NCBI GenBank assembly: GCA_964012805.1 | Contig: CAXGUD010000001.1 | Coordinates: 1 to 64,000, forward strand | Reading direction: 5' to 3' | Source: an uncultured Bacteriovoracaceae bacterium | GTDB lineage: Bacteria > Bdellovibrionota > Bacteriovoracia > Bacteriovoracales > Bacteriovoracaceae | Length of the DNA: 64,000 nucleotides | In this document: one piece after another, positions 46,914-57,841 of the stretch | Layout: every line of letters starts with the position of its first letter | Position numbering within the stretch: position 1 is the first letter of the stretch | Notes under the pieces: model-generated | Databases searched by the model: none | Told to the model about the DNA's origin: nothing | What the model saw: only the letters and a program-made list of their open reading frames with translations | Position numbers and translations under genes: made by a program

Positions 46914-48092
46914 TTAAAACTCAATTGCACCCTGTTTACGAAATTTATTTAATTCCTCTTCAGTATAACCAGCTTCAAGGAGTACACTTTTTGTATCATG
47001 ACCTGCCATTTTACCAATATTCTTATAATGGTTTTTAAAAGAAGAAAATTTAAATGGACTACCAATTTGTTTTTTAGACTCGCCGTCCTCTCCACAAGGA
47101 ACATCGACAATGAGGCCTCTTTCTTTTACATGAGGATCATTTAAACTTTCTTGAAAACTTAAAACAGGCTCAACACAGGCGTCGAGTTTTGAAAAAATAT
47201 CCCGCCACTCTTTAAATGTTTTACTTTTAAAGGTCTTTTTAAATTCTTCTTTTATATAGTCTTTTCCTTTATTCTCTTCTTTAAGAGTCATGTCCAATAT
47301 GTCTTTCCGATTTAGCCCCTTACATAATTCCCTAAAAAACTTAGGCTCTAAACTACCAACTGAAAAAAAACGATCATCTTTAGTTTTATAGTAACCATAA
47401 AAGCTTCCACCATTAAGGAGAGTAGACTCAAAGGAAAGGTCTTTTTTATTACTTAATGAATCGGCCCCATGGATGGAATTTAAAGAAAAAGAGCCATCCA
47501 GCATACTTATATCGATATATTGACCCTCTCCCGTTTTTTCTCTATGAATGACTGAGGCCAAAATACCGGTGATAGCATGAAAAGACCCACCCGCAATATC
47601 TGCAATTTGGGGCCCAGTTAAAATAGGGCCTTCTCCCTTAACTCCACTATAAGAACTGACTCCACAAAGTGATAAATAATTAATATCGTGGCCTGCTCTA
47701 TCTCTATAGGGCCCTGTCTGACCAAATCCAGTAATAGAGCAATAAATTAATGAAGGGTGGATAATCGAGAGTTTTTCATAGTCAAGGCCTAATCGCTTCA
47801 TCACACCTGGGCGGAACTGTTCAACGACAATATCATAATTTTTTAAAAGTCTTTTTATAATTTCCCGAGAAGAACCTTCTTTTAAGTTTAGGCCAAGGCT
47901 TTTTTTAGACCTCCCTAAATACTCTCTCATTGAAGGTGGTGTTTTTAATTTATCATTTTTGTTTTTAGAAGGAAGTCCCTCAATACATAAGACATCAGCA
48001 CCTAGATCAGATAACATCATAGTTGCAAAAGGACCTGGCAATAATGTTGAAAAATCTAATATTTTTAAAGAAGAAAGAGGTCCTTTCGTCAA
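46914..48092 (-). CDS. CaiB/BaiF family III CoA transferase (alpha-methylacyl-CoA racemase-like)
   Basis: LLPGPFAT..L.DLGA, EQFRPGVM.RLG, AGHDINY, ADIAGG. Confidence 0.92.
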   Translation of the reverse strand: MTKGPLSSLKILDFSTLLPGPFATMMLSDLGADVLCIEGLPSKNKNDKLKTPPSMREYLGRSKKSLGLNLKEGSSREIIKRLLKNYDIVVEQFRPGVMKRLGLDYEKLSIIHPSLIYCSITGFGQTGPYRDRAGHDINYLSLCGVSSYSGVKGEGPILTGPQIADIAGGSFHAITGILASVIHREKTGEGQYIDISMLDGSFSLNSIHGADSLSNKKDLSFESTLLNGGSFYGYYKTKDDRFFSVGSLEPKFFRELCKGLNRKDILDMTLKEENKGKDYIKEEFKKTFKSKTFKEWRDIFSKLDACVEPVLSFQESLNDPHVKERGLIVDVPCGEDGESKKQIGSPFKFSSFKNHYKNIGKMAGHDTKSVLLEAGYTEEELNKFRKQGAIEF

Positions 48093-48482
48093 AATAAAAC
48101 TCCATAAAAAGATTGTAATTATTAAATCTTAAACCTAATTCTTCTTTCTATGAAATTTAATTTTCCTTATACCTATAAAGTATTTAGCATTTTGCCAAAA
48201 ACTTAAAGTACTCATTAAAAACGCACCCATTTCGGAACTACCATACCAAAGTTCACTATTTTCTCTTACCTAAGACAAACTTGAATTTAAATGGATTTAT
48301 AATCGATTAGACTGAGGATAAGTATAAGAAAAAAATAAGAATGAAACCACTTTAATTACTTAGAGAAAACATCGGTCAATTCAGAAACTTTTCGTAATAA
48401 GATATTTAGAACCTATTATTGGATTAGAGGGAAGAAAAAAATAACTTAGTTTTTCACTTTTAACTAAATTCTTATAATCCCC

Positions 48483-48863
48483 TTATTTTTTCTTTCTAAA
48501 AGGATCGTAGAATATGAGGATGTTATTTTTTTCTTTAAAAACCTTATCTGCATGGCACACTAGTGTTACGTTAATGGGTCCCTTGCCTGAAAATGATTGA
48601 AGTAAGTCTCCAGAAACAATCTCTTCATTTTTTATAAATTGAGTCTCAAAGCCTAATTGGAAAAGTTTACGACCTAAATTTCCCTGTATTTTATTGACTC
48701 CATTAGCATCATCACTAAAAGAACTCGTGTTTACAATTGATTCTAAAAAAGGAAGATAAAAGAAATCACTTCTTTTTAAATCTACCGCACTACTTGAAAG
48801 GTGAAAATTTTCTTTTAAATTAGTAATGGGAACCTCCTTATTTTTTTTAAATTTTAAGTCCAA
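48483..48863 (-). pseudogene. Truncated M20 (glutamate carboxypeptidase-like) peptidase fragment
   Basis: LESIVNTSS…GVN…L..LGF…LVCHADKVF matches the M20 N-terminus, then the ORF ends before GPG..D.KGG and later metal ligands. Confidence 0.65.
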
Positions 48864-49033
48864 CTTAGCGGAAAAAAAAATAAGGAATCGATCACAATTA
48901 TGTTAAGCATTCATAAATGAAATATAATTTTATTAAATAAACATCTTATTTATTAAAAAAAAGTTAAAATCTCTGACTAAAAGTTTTTTTTTGATTAACT
49001 GGCCGAGGGAAGGGAATACATCATATGAAATTT

Positions 49034-51226
49034 TTAAAATGACCAAGGCTTAATATAAATGGTTTCAATTATTTTTCCTTCTAGCAAATTGAGTTGATCT
49101 CGACAGAACCCTCCACATTTTGAATACCTCTTAAAAGCTAATTGCCTGGAATCTTCACCCTTCTTGTAAATCTCAGCTATTATATATTCATTTAATATGT
49201 CTTCCCTTATTCTTAGACTTAAGTAACATGTGTTAATCGCCTGTCCTTCATCATCACCTAAAATAATTTCAACAATCTCACCTACATAATCAAGACATTC
49301 GAGTTTTAAAAGGGCCACTAAAGCTCCTCTTCTGGCTCCCTTATCACCATTTTTATATTGGTCTTTTAAAAATTCAATTTTGGACCAATCTTTAACCTCT
49401 CCTACGGCATAAATTCCACTTATGAGATGATTGTCATTTTGACCGTCCAACATTTGATTAAGTGTTTTCTTTACCTGAAGCCTAAAGGATTTGTACTTCC
49501 AAAGCGCAACAACCGTATTGGCCTTAATCCTAGAGATTTCGTGATTTAAAAAAGGTAAAAGAACATCAACAACTCCCGGATAATCAACGTAATTAAGTCC
49601 GTCTATTGCATTAGCAACCACCCGCTCATCTTTATCTTTAAGTGCTTGGATCACAAATTCAACTGTCTCTCTGGCAGGACTTTTTTGAATGAGAACTCTC
49701 ATAGCGATAGATCTTAAAACATTTGATTGCATTGAAGAGCAAATAAATTTTAGATTTTCAGTAAGTTTAAAGTTTAAAAATGGATCTAGCTTACTAAAAT
49801 CAACCTGATCTAAATACTTCAACATGGCCATTTGAACCGTGGGATTTTTTTCATTTATCATTAAATCTAAAATAACCGGAGCAGGAGTGTCCGTTTTCAA
49901 GTTAGAAAAAGTATTTAGTATATTAATTTTAAGAGGTATATCTTTCGTATTTTCTAAAAGGTAGATAATTTTTTTACATTCACTCCGATTTTGGACCCTA
50001 TCAAAAAGAGCGACAGCATTATTTTTTTCTTCAGGTTGATGACCTACTAAAAAATTTAAAACTTCTACATTAAAATTCTTCCTCGTTTTTAATCCAAGAA
50101 TAATCATCACAAACAAAATAAGTATTAGAATTATATTTACATATGGGGAGGGTAATAAAAATAAAAGAGCTATCATGGCGCCACCTAAGGACCTCGCCAT
50201 AATTTCGGTTAACAAACGAAGACGATCCCTGGACTGTGATCTATAGAGACTGAACTTTGTAGAAATACTCATTGTAATAAAAGACTCTTCCAAAAGCTTA
50301 AAGGCCAAAAAAGCAAGAACTCCAAAATGAAACGATTGATAAGAAATAAAAACGCCGCCAAATATAAAAAGAACCAAACTGGAAATTAAAAGCATTGTTC
50401 CGAGCTGATATTTTTTTAAAATATTCGGATAAATCCACCTTAAAAGAATTGTTGATAACAACGCAGCTATTAAATCGATGCTTCCATATAGGGCAGTCAA
50501 GTTAATCTGTGCTGACTCAAATGATTTACCGGTAAGACTTTTCATAGAAGTAAACAAGAATCCCCATAGAAAAATCCATAGGGCAAGCTTTGGAATGAGC
50601 TTGTATTGAAAAAAAGAAGACATTAAGCTTGGTTTTCTTTTACTTGATTCAGTATTTATGGAAACAATACTTTGTTTTTTTTCTCCGAAAATTAAAAATA
50701 TAGAAATTATTAAAATGAAAATTTCTACTGTAACCCAGAAAGGTATAAATATATTTTTAGAGAGGCCAAAATAAGATAACAAAGCTAAAGTAGATCCAAA
50801 AATCATTCCCCCTTGGGTAAATATACCGAGGATAGGAAATATTCTTTTTGTTTCAAAAGGACTTATAAATATGGATGATAAAGACCAGTTACTAAAATAA
50901 ATCATAAGTCCAAAACCAACCATATTTAAAAACGAAACCTTTGCTACTAAAGCTTCTTGGCCTGAAAAAAAACAAAATAAAGAGCTAAACAAAAGAATAA
51001 GATGGAGGATTATGAAGCGAATTAAACGGGAAAGCCATTTACTTAGAAAGGAAAAGATTAAAATTGAAATGATTGAAATTGTTGCAGATATTGAGAAATA
51101 GAGGCTTAACTCTTTACTCCCAATGGTTGTAATTAATTTATCTAAACTAAAACACGTGAGGGCAGTCCTCATCCCAAATGATAAGAAAAATATCAAACCA
51201 ACCAATTTTTGATAAATATTCATCAA
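49034..51226 (-). CDS. NTT/MFS-like multi-pass transporter fused to HEAT repeats
   Basis: About 12 TM segments with ETKRIFP.LG….G.IFG motif; C-terminal HEAT repeats (LKDKDERVVANA, RIKANTVVALW). Confidence 0.75.
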   Translation of the reverse strand: MMNIYQKLVGLIFFLSFGMRTALTCFSLDKLITTIGSKELSLYFSISATISIISILIFSFLSKWLSRLIRFIILHLILLFSSLFCFFSGQEALVAKVSFLNMVGFGLMIYFSNWSLSSIFISPFETKRIFPILGIFTQGGMIFGSTLALLSYFGLSKNIFIPFWVTVEIFILIISIFLIFGEKKQSIVSINTESSKRKPSLMSSFFQYKLIPKLALWIFLWGFLFTSMKSLTGKSFESAQINLTALYGSIDLIAALLSTILLRWIYPNILKKYQLGTMLLISSLVLFIFGGVFISYQSFHFGVLAFLAFKLLEESFITMSISTKFSLYRSQSRDRLRLLTEIMARSLGGAMIALLFLLPSPYVNIILILILFVMIILGLKTRKNFNVEVLNFLVGHQPEEKNNAVALFDRVQNRSECKKIIYLLENTKDIPLKINILNTFSNLKTDTPAPVILDLMINEKNPTVQMAMLKYLDQVDFSKLDPFLNFKLTENLKFICSSMQSNVLRSIAMRVLIQKSPARETVEFVIQALKDKDERVVANAIDGLNYVDYPGVVDVLLPFLNHEISRIKANTVVALWKYKSFRLQVKKTLNQMLDGQNDNHLISGIYAVGEVKDWSKIEFLKDQYKNGDKGARRGALVALLKLECLDYVGEIVEIILGDDEGQAINTCYLSLRIREDILNEYIIAEIYKKGEDSRQLAFKRYSKCGGFCRDQLNLLEGKIIETIYIKPWSF

Positions 51227-51405
51227 GCATCATTATAATGTCATTTTTTATTTTTGGACCTTGAAGGGATTTTTTAATACTTAATTAATTAAAAAAAATA
51301 TAAACTTCAATTAAAAATATTTCTCTCTTTTAAACTATTTCTATGAGTCTCAATAGGTTTATTAAACCAAACTAATTTAAATGAAACGAGATTCAATTTA
51401 ACTTA

Positions 51406-51445
51406 ATTAAATTAAATTAAATTAAATTAAATTAAATTAAATTAA
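51406..51445. repeat. (ATTAA)8 pentanucleotide microsatellite
   Basis: Eight perfect tandem ATTAA units followed by an imperfect ATGAA. Confidence 0.95.
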
Positions 51446-51457
51446 ATGAATTTAAGA

Positions 51458-52657
51458 CTAGCAACTAACTTTAAAAAAGGTTATTTCATTTGGAACACCT
51501 AGCCTATTCGGAGGCCCCCAATATCCAGTTCCTGGGTTCACATAGACATTCATTCCTTTGTGCTCATAGAGGCCTTTAGGGTAACGATAAATGATATTCA
51601 CAACAATATTCCAGGGAAAAAACTGTCCACCATGAGTATGCCCAGACATTTGTAAATCATACCCAAGGCGAGAAGCTTCCTCATAAAGCTCTGGCCTATG
51701 ATTTAAAAATATCTTGTAGTCAAATTGCTCTCCCGATACTCTAGAAGATATCTGCGCTAATTCCGCTCTAGAACGGCCAAAATGTCGGGCTGCACGGTCT
51801 TGTATACCCGTCAAAAGAATTCTTTTTCCATTCACCTCAAGGACTTTATTTTTATTATCAAGATCTTCAAAACCTAAAGTTTGAAATGCCCTACTCCATC
51901 TTTCTGCTCCCCAATAATACTCATGATTTCCAGAGACGAAGAATTTACCCAAAGGAGCATCGATCTTTTTTAGATTTCCAAGAATCCTCATCATATTGGT
52001 GTCTGGTATCGCATCAATCATATCGCCTGTTAGAAAGAGTAAATCTGGTTTTAATTTTTTTATTTCATCTGACAGTTTTTCAAGCATGGAGTCTCTAATT
52101 GTAGGACCTGCATGAAGATCTGAGATTTGAACAAAGGTAAAATCTTTTGCTTCCTTTTTTTCATTGTCAATCTTTTTGGATTTTAAAATAACCCTTTTTA
52201 TGGGGGGAACTTGAGTGGCCTTTACTGTTCCAGTCGATGCGCCCAAAAGTGCAGTGCCAAAAATACTACGTGCTCCAATCTTTTTAATAAACTCTCTTCT
52301 TTCCATTCCAGCGTCATCTTTTTCAGAGTCCTTTTTCTCATTTCTTTTATTCCGTTTAAAGATATTCCACGAAAATGTACCAAGATCGTAAAAAAGGGAA
52401 AAAACAATAATATAGCTTAAAAAAGACATGCAGCTATAACCTAAAAAGATCCAAAAGTGTCCAAAGCTTTTTTCAGCTTGTATTATTCCGAATCTATAGA
52501 GAGTTAAGGGAACGGATTGTACCAGGAGAAAAATAAGGATGAAAACTTGACTCATTTTTTTTGTTTGAAACACGTAACGAGATTTTTTGTAGAGGAAATA
52601 GTAAACTCCGACATTCAAAAGAGTAAAAATTACATAAAACATTAAAACTCTTAACAT
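51458..52657 (-). CDS. Membrane-anchored metallophosphoesterase (YkuE-like)
   Basis: DLH, GDMID, GNHE, NHRP, SGHTHGGQ, GTGYWGPP.R. Confidence 0.92.
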   Translation of the reverse strand: MLRVLMFYVIFTLLNVGVYYFLYKKSRYVFQTKKMSQVFILIFLLVQSVPLTLYRFGIIQAEKSFGHFWIFLGYSCMSFLSYIIVFSLFYDLGTFSWNIFKRNKRNEKKDSEKDDAGMERREFIKKIGARSIFGTALLGASTGTVKATQVPPIKRVILKSKKIDNEKKEAKDFTFVQISDLHAGPTIRDSMLEKLSDEIKKLKPDLLFLTGDMIDAIPDTNMMRILGNLKKIDAPLGKFFVSGNHEYYWGAERWSRAFQTLGFEDLDNKNKVLEVNGKRILLTGIQDRAARHFGRSRAELAQISSRVSGEQFDYKIFLNHRPELYEEASRLGYDLQMSGHTHGGQFFPWNIVVNIIYRYPKGLYEHKGMNVYVNPGTGYWGPPNRLGVPNEITFFKVSC

Positions 52658-52763
52658 AGGTTATGGCCTTTTTAGATTTTCAGGTTTCTTCTTAAAAAAC
52701 ACTGTTTTCAAACAGATATTATAATTTCTCTTCAATCATCTCCGCAATTAAGAGTTATTAAAT

Positions 52764-54419
52764 TTAGGAGTAGGCCTGCCCATGAATTTTTAACTGCTCA
52801 AGAGGTATAGTAATTTCTTTTTCATTACATAACTCAATAAAAATTTTATGAATTAGCCTCTCTAAAGTAAATCTATAAGGGGCCATCACCCCTTCTGCAT
52901 CGACTCTTATCCATAATTCAAAAGCATGCTCTCCCTGTGCTTTAAATTCCACCATAAGTTTTTTAATATTCCCTTTGAAAATGTCACTTGAATTTATTCC
53001 CTCATCAAAACCTTGTTTGAAAAAAGGCAAAAGTTCTAAAACTCTCTTTTGCAATTGATAATCCAATCTTAAGGTAACTTCTATAAAGTATCCATACGAT
53101 AAATTTTCTGGAAAGAGAGATAAAAACTGAGGTGTTTGGTAATAAATTTGGCTTCCACCCAACGTTTTAAGTAAAATCTGATCAGGCGTTTGAAGGATAA
53201 CTTCACCAAATGAGCCATCTTTTAAAGAAATCCAATTTCCTTTTTCTGTTGGAAACATGGACTCATTTTCTGCCATTGGTCTGGATTGATGGTTCATCAT
53301 ATCCTTGGCCCTTACCAGAATGCGGCCTCCTTCCAAAGAGTCATTTGTTAAAGAACAAAGAAAATTTAAGGAATCTACTTTCCAAGGAACGCCCTTGTAA
53401 TAAACCCTTTCTCCTTCCCTTACCGTTCCAAGATTTAAGATTAACCTCGCCTCGTCTAACAATTCTGGAGCCACTTGTTTAAGAGACCAAAGGATTCCAA
53501 AAATAAAAATACAAGCGATTGTAACCAAAAGCCAATCATTTAAAAAATAAAGGCAGAGTATTGAAGCGAATAAAGAAACTGTAAAAGCTATGCCTCCATA
53601 TAGGGCCATAAAGGTTTTTTTAAGGAATAAGAACCTGTCTGATAAATCAAATAGTTCAAATAACCTATTTCTACAAATCATGAAGGAATAAAAGAAAATA
53701 AAAAGGACGGAGATCGATAAAAAAAGGTTTTTCCCTTTTGTCCCAATAAATTCAGTCAGAACATTGCCAGCTTCATTTATAAACGATGATTTTTTACCAT
53801 CTATTTTACGAAGAGACCTTTCTGCAAGAGTCAGATCAAATTCCAAATTTCTTTTCTCGGTGAAAAGCATTTCCTTAGATAGGTTTAAAGAATTTTTAAG
53901 GTCACCATATTTATCTTTCTTAATTAGCTCCTCAATTTTGATAATAGCATTTTCTCTTATGAGTATCGCTTTTTTGTACAACTCTATTTGACTCTTATAG
54001 AGTTCTATTTTTCGAGGTCTTTCACTGATTCTTCTTAACCCCTCCAAAAGAGGCATTAAAATTTCTTTTATCTGCTTACTTAAGTCTTTCTTAGATTCAA
54101 GGTTAGGTTTCTCTCCACGTTCTATAAATACGCCTGTTGCAACTTCAATAAATTGATATTCCTCTATAGATATTTTTCTTTTAAGAACATCAACCTCTTG
54201 CTTTAAAACTTTTTCCTCCTCATTACTTAGAGCTTGGCCTTTTAATTTTTCCTTTTTTTCTTTTAAAACTTTCTTGAGCCAAATTTTGTTTAAGTCTATT
54301 TTTTGAAGGGACTCAAACTGGCGTTCTGAATTTGAAGTGAGATTTTTTGAATAGAGTGGATCTAGAACAAAAATGCTCAGAAAAATCGTAAATAAGACCT
54401 TGTAGATAACTATCTTCAT
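52764..54419 (-). CDS. MscS-like mechanosensitive channel protein with periplasmic coiled coil
   Basis: Signal peptide, coiled coil, TM hairpins, LNLG.VREGER…GVPW.V, C-terminal I.IP..Q..IH. Confidence 0.65.
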   Translation of the reverse strand: MKIVIYKVLFTIFLSIFVLDPLYSKNLTSNSERQFESLQKIDLNKIWLKKVLKEKKEKLKGQALSNEEEKVLKQEVDVLKRKISIEEYQFIEVATGVFIERGEKPNLESKKDLSKQIKEILMPLLEGLRRISERPRKIELYKSQIELYKKAILIRENAIIKIEELIKKDKYGDLKNSLNLSKEMLFTEKRNLEFDLTLAERSLRKIDGKKSSFINEAGNVLTEFIGTKGKNLFLSISVLFIFFYSFMICRNRLFELFDLSDRFLFLKKTFMALYGGIAFTVSLFASILCLYFLNDWLLVTIACIFIFGILWSLKQVAPELLDEARLILNLGTVREGERVYYKGVPWKVDSLNFLCSLTNDSLEGGRILVRAKDMMNHQSRPMAENESMFPTEKGNWISLKDGSFGEVILQTPDQILLKTLGGSQIYYQTPQFLSLFPENLSYGYFIEVTLRLDYQLQKRVLELLPFFKQGFDEGINSSDIFKGNIKKLMVEFKAQGEHAFELWIRVDAEGVMAPYRFTLERLIHKIFIELCNEKEITIPLEQLKIHGQAYS

Positions 54420-54545
54420 GACCCTATTTTTCGGTTTTTTTACATTGAGCTTAAGAATAGTACATTAAAGTCAATAAAAAATGTATGGTCGAAAGAAAAG
54501 GGTCATACATTCTCGTTAAGTCTTAGTCATAAAAGGCACAAAGGA

Positions 54546-57092
54546 CTAATCTTTATCTCTTCTCCATCGATCCCAGACCCTTTTCCGGTCCCATTTTTTG
54601 AGGTGCTTCTTATAAAGAGGTCCCCAATTTTTACCATCATGACTGAGGGATACGGTGACTGTAACCCTTGAATTCCTCAAAAATAGATGCTTTGAAATAA
54701 TACCCTCAAGGCCCTCTCCAGATGCCCCTTTTTCGAAAGATAAAATATTCTTTCCCCTTTCAATTAAGCCTTCATTATTTTTAAAAATGGATTTGAATAG
54801 GTTTTTTCTGGCCCTAAAAGGAGGATTCTTATCTATTTGGATAAAGTAGTATTTAGGTTTTTTATCAGTCTTAAAAGCGATGGCCACCTTCTCTTTACCA
54901 ACACGGCCAACCTTGAAGTTACTTAAAACTGAACCATAATCGATATTTGTTTTATAAGGTTTCTCAAAATTAACTCGGTCCTCAAGGGTATAATCAATCG
55001 GATCCTGATCCGTGAAACCTGGGTCTGTAAAGGTAAAATTGCCAAAGCTTTTTTCATTACTTCCTTTCACAGAAAGCAGATAACGTTCGTTTTTCATACT
55101 CTCTTTAAGGACCCTTATAAACTCAAAGCCGTAACTAAAGGTTTTAAAGAGCTCTCCAAAGAGCTTTGAAAGCTCTTTATTATCTTTTGCGTTACTTAGC
55201 TTCGCCCAATAAGTCTGGAAGCGCTTAGCAGCAAAAAGGTTTCCGCCCTCCCTAACATGAACGCCCATTATAACGGTCGGTCCGTATATAATTGAAGCTG
55301 GTAAAAACTTTAAAGCATACTTGGCTCTGTCTCCTTGAGTTAACCAGCTGCCTTCCTTAACTCTAAAAGCCCCTTCTAAAACCCGCCACATCTCATCTTT
55401 TGGGAAATGGATAAACGTCTTTAGTTGGTTTAAAGTGAAGGCCATTTTGTAATGAAATGATGAGTGACCATAATTTATAGACTTATTACTCCTCATGCAC
55501 AAATTTCTTAAGACGGATTTTTTACCTTCAGGAATTCTACTTAAACGCTTCATCATTTTTTTGGAACAGACTTTTCGAGGCCCATGAACCGGAAACGACG
55601 GGAACTTGTATCTGTCTCCAACAATGTTTTGCATTTTATCAACGTATCGTCTTAATTCAGTCCCTGAGGAACGGTTGTCCCAGATATGACCATTCACCCT
55701 TAAAGTTAGTGGATCTCCTAATGAACTTCCGGCTTTTTGAAAAGTTGTTATAAAAGACTGCCCTTGATCCTCACCAATTCCAAAAATAGAACGGTAACCC
55801 TTGCTATTGGAACTATAGGCCCTAAAAAACTCCGTTTTGCCGTCTGGTAAGGTTAATTCAACTCTACTGACTTTGTTTGTAGAGGAATTATAGCGACTAA
55901 ATATAGGGCCCAAATTTAATGACAAGCGGGAGTGAGAACCAGTCGTTGTAGATTTTTTAGTGAAAGTCTTTTCAACTCCCCTTTCTTGGATCATCAACTC
56001 TTCCGCCCTTTTAAAGTTACCCGTTGAAGCCTTTAAATAGGCTTCCAAAGCATCAGGCTCATTTAAGTTGAATCGGTACCCTACATCAAACTGCTTCATC
56101 CATTCTTTCTTTGCGTTAATTTGAAAGGGAACAACGCGAAGACCGAGTTTATCTAGGAGAAAAACTCCTTGAAAAGGGGTGTAATAATCGCTCATCCCAC
56201 CAACATTTGATGAGATACCTGCGGACTTTAAGCGAGTTACCTTAACCTGAACCTTTTGTTCTTTCTCCTTCATTACAGAAATTCTATAATCTCCGTAGAG
56301 AAAAGTTGTCAAAGAAGCCGCAAGGTTGACCCCACCAACATTTGGTATCTTAGGAGTTTTCCACCCTACATGACCTGAGAGGGCCAGGTGACCAGACAAG
56401 GTGTAGCTATGAATCTCACCTGGAGCCATTTCAAGAACCCTCTTTTTTGTAAAAGGCAATTTGAATGGGTGCGTTAATAGGTTCCATACCTTTGAGTAGC
56501 GCGCTTTGCTTAAGGGATTATCATCGAAAAAGTCCTTTAACTTATTTTTTCTTGCTGAGTCTTCATTTTTTACAAGGCCGGTTTTTTTTCCTTCCCTCAT
56601 TAGCTTTTTGGCATTTTTATTTAACTCAGAAATGCTTTCTATCCTGTTAATCTCACCAGAATTAACCTGACGAAAATGAGCTATCTTGGTATTTAAATTG
56701 AGATTAAGAGATATCCCATAATTACCTCCATTAAATTTGTAAGAGTGAAGAGGAATGCCTAGAGGTAAGTACATTGAATCAACGACCGTATACTTATTAT
56801 CAGGTGTCTTGTTGTTATAAACTCTTCTTTGGGCCCTAAAACTAATTCTTGCTCTTTCGGGATACAACCACTGATTGAAAAAAGTGTTGTCGTCAAGCTG
56901 GTTCCAGATAAAATTGGTGATGTCATTACGAAAACCATCCCACCTATTGTCATCTTCACCGGCAGGAATCGTGTCCCAATCCAGAACCTCTTGTCCCATT
57001 CCGCCCTGTATAGAAAAGGCAATCAGACCAAATAACAACATTTTTTTGATTTTTTTTAAGTAATATGTTCCTCGCATAGAAATCCCTTTCAT
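54546..57092 (-). CDS. Large secreted hypothetical protein
   Basis: 848 aa, signal-like N-terminus, beta-rich N-half; GGGGAG RBS. Confidence 0.65.
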   Translation of the reverse strand: MKGISMRGTYYLKKIKKMLLFGLIAFSIQGGMGQEVLDWDTIPAGEDDNRWDGFRNDITNFIWNQLDDNTFFNQWLYPERARISFRAQRRVYNNKTPDNKYTVVDSMYLPLGIPLHSYKFNGGNYGISLNLNLNTKIAHFRQVNSGEINRIESISELNKNAKKLMREGKKTGLVKNEDSARKNKLKDFFDDNPLSKARYSKVWNLLTHPFKLPFTKKRVLEMAPGEIHSYTLSGHLALSGHVGWKTPKIPNVGGVNLAASLTTFLYGDYRISVMKEKEQKVQVKVTRLKSAGISSNVGGMSDYYTPFQGVFLLDKLGLRVVPFQINAKKEWMKQFDVGYRFNLNEPDALEAYLKASTGNFKRAEELMIQERGVEKTFTKKSTTTGSHSRLSLNLGPIFSRYNSSTNKVSRVELTLPDGKTEFFRAYSSNSKGYRSIFGIGEDQGQSFITTFQKAGSSLGDPLTLRVNGHIWDNRSSGTELRRYVDKMQNIVGDRYKFPSFPVHGPRKVCSKKMMKRLSRIPEGKKSVLRNLCMRSNKSINYGHSSFHYKMAFTLNQLKTFIHFPKDEMWRVLEGAFRVKEGSWLTQGDRAKYALKFLPASIIYGPTVIMGVHVREGGNLFAAKRFQTYWAKLSNAKDNKELSKLFGELFKTFSYGFEFIRVLKESMKNERYLLSVKGSNEKSFGNFTFTDPGFTDQDPIDYTLEDRVNFEKPYKTNIDYGSVLSNFKVGRVGKEKVAIAFKTDKKPKYYFIQIDKNPPFRARKNLFKSIFKNNEGLIERGKNILSFEKGASGEGLEGIISKHLFLRNSRVTVTVSLSHDGKNWGPLYKKHLKKWDRKRVWDRWRRDKD

Positions 57093-57202
57093 CGCTCCCC
57101 TACCTTTTTGGGCAATAAAAATGCTAGAACAATATACAAGGGATATTATTTATGAGCAATTTATTATTGTAAAACTGACGAGAAAAACACAAATGATCTC
57201 TA

Positions 57203-57622
57203 TTAAGAAGGATAAAGACCACTTTTTACTAGAGTTTCTTTGACTTTTTTCTCTACTGTTTCCACCTCAAAAGGTTTTGCAATATAATTAGAAGCACCTT
57301 CCTTGAAGGCAAGACGAACCTGATCTTCAAAGACTTCACAAGTAATCATGATAAAAGGTAACTCTTGTATACCATCAATCCCAGAGCTTCTAATTTTTTT
57401 TAAAAGATCTAGGCCTGATTCCGGCATATTCCAATCACAAAGAAGAAGGCCATAGGGCTTCCCTACTAAATGGGCCTGCTCTACTTTTTCCCAACCATCA
57501 CCTCCGTTGTGACAAGTATCGATGTTGGATAGACCCATTCTAATTAGTATTTTTTTAACCAAAAGGCATATCGGCGGCATATCATCAATCATCAAAACCC
57601 TGATCTTATCATCAAAAACCAT
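57203..57622 (-). CDS. CheY-like single-domain response regulator
   Basis: LMIDD, LCDWNMP..GLDLL, FIMIT, ASNYIAKPF. Confidence 0.9.
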   Translation of the reverse strand: MVFDDKIRVLMIDDMPPICLLVKKILIRMGLSNIDTCHNGGDGWEKVEQAHLVGKPYGLLLCDWNMPESGLDLLKKIRSSGIDGIQELPFIMITCEVFEDQVRLAFKEGASNYIAKPFEVETVEKKVKETLVKSGLYPS

Positions 57623-57841
57623 TATTTATTCCTAGAAAAGTCAGTTCAAAAATCCAGCCCTATCCAATTATGCCATAAATCAGTCTTTTTTCTCCTAGCC
57701 TTCTAATAACTTCCACTAAAAACTTCTAACTTAAATAATCATTGTTGGATAAATACTTGAATTAAGGATTAATATCTCTTCAAAAATTTCCGATAATTGT
57801 TTGATATTATTGGTCATTACGGGGTCAAATTTAATAAAAAA

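Noticed and set aside
52270..52310. Internal twin-arginine-like motif ERREFIK in the metallophosphoesterase
   Set aside because: A common feature of YkuE-like membrane phosphoesterases, not novel.
57110..57125. GG-N10-GC sigma54-like spacing on the plus strand
   Set aside because: No plus-strand gene lies directly downstream; likely chance.
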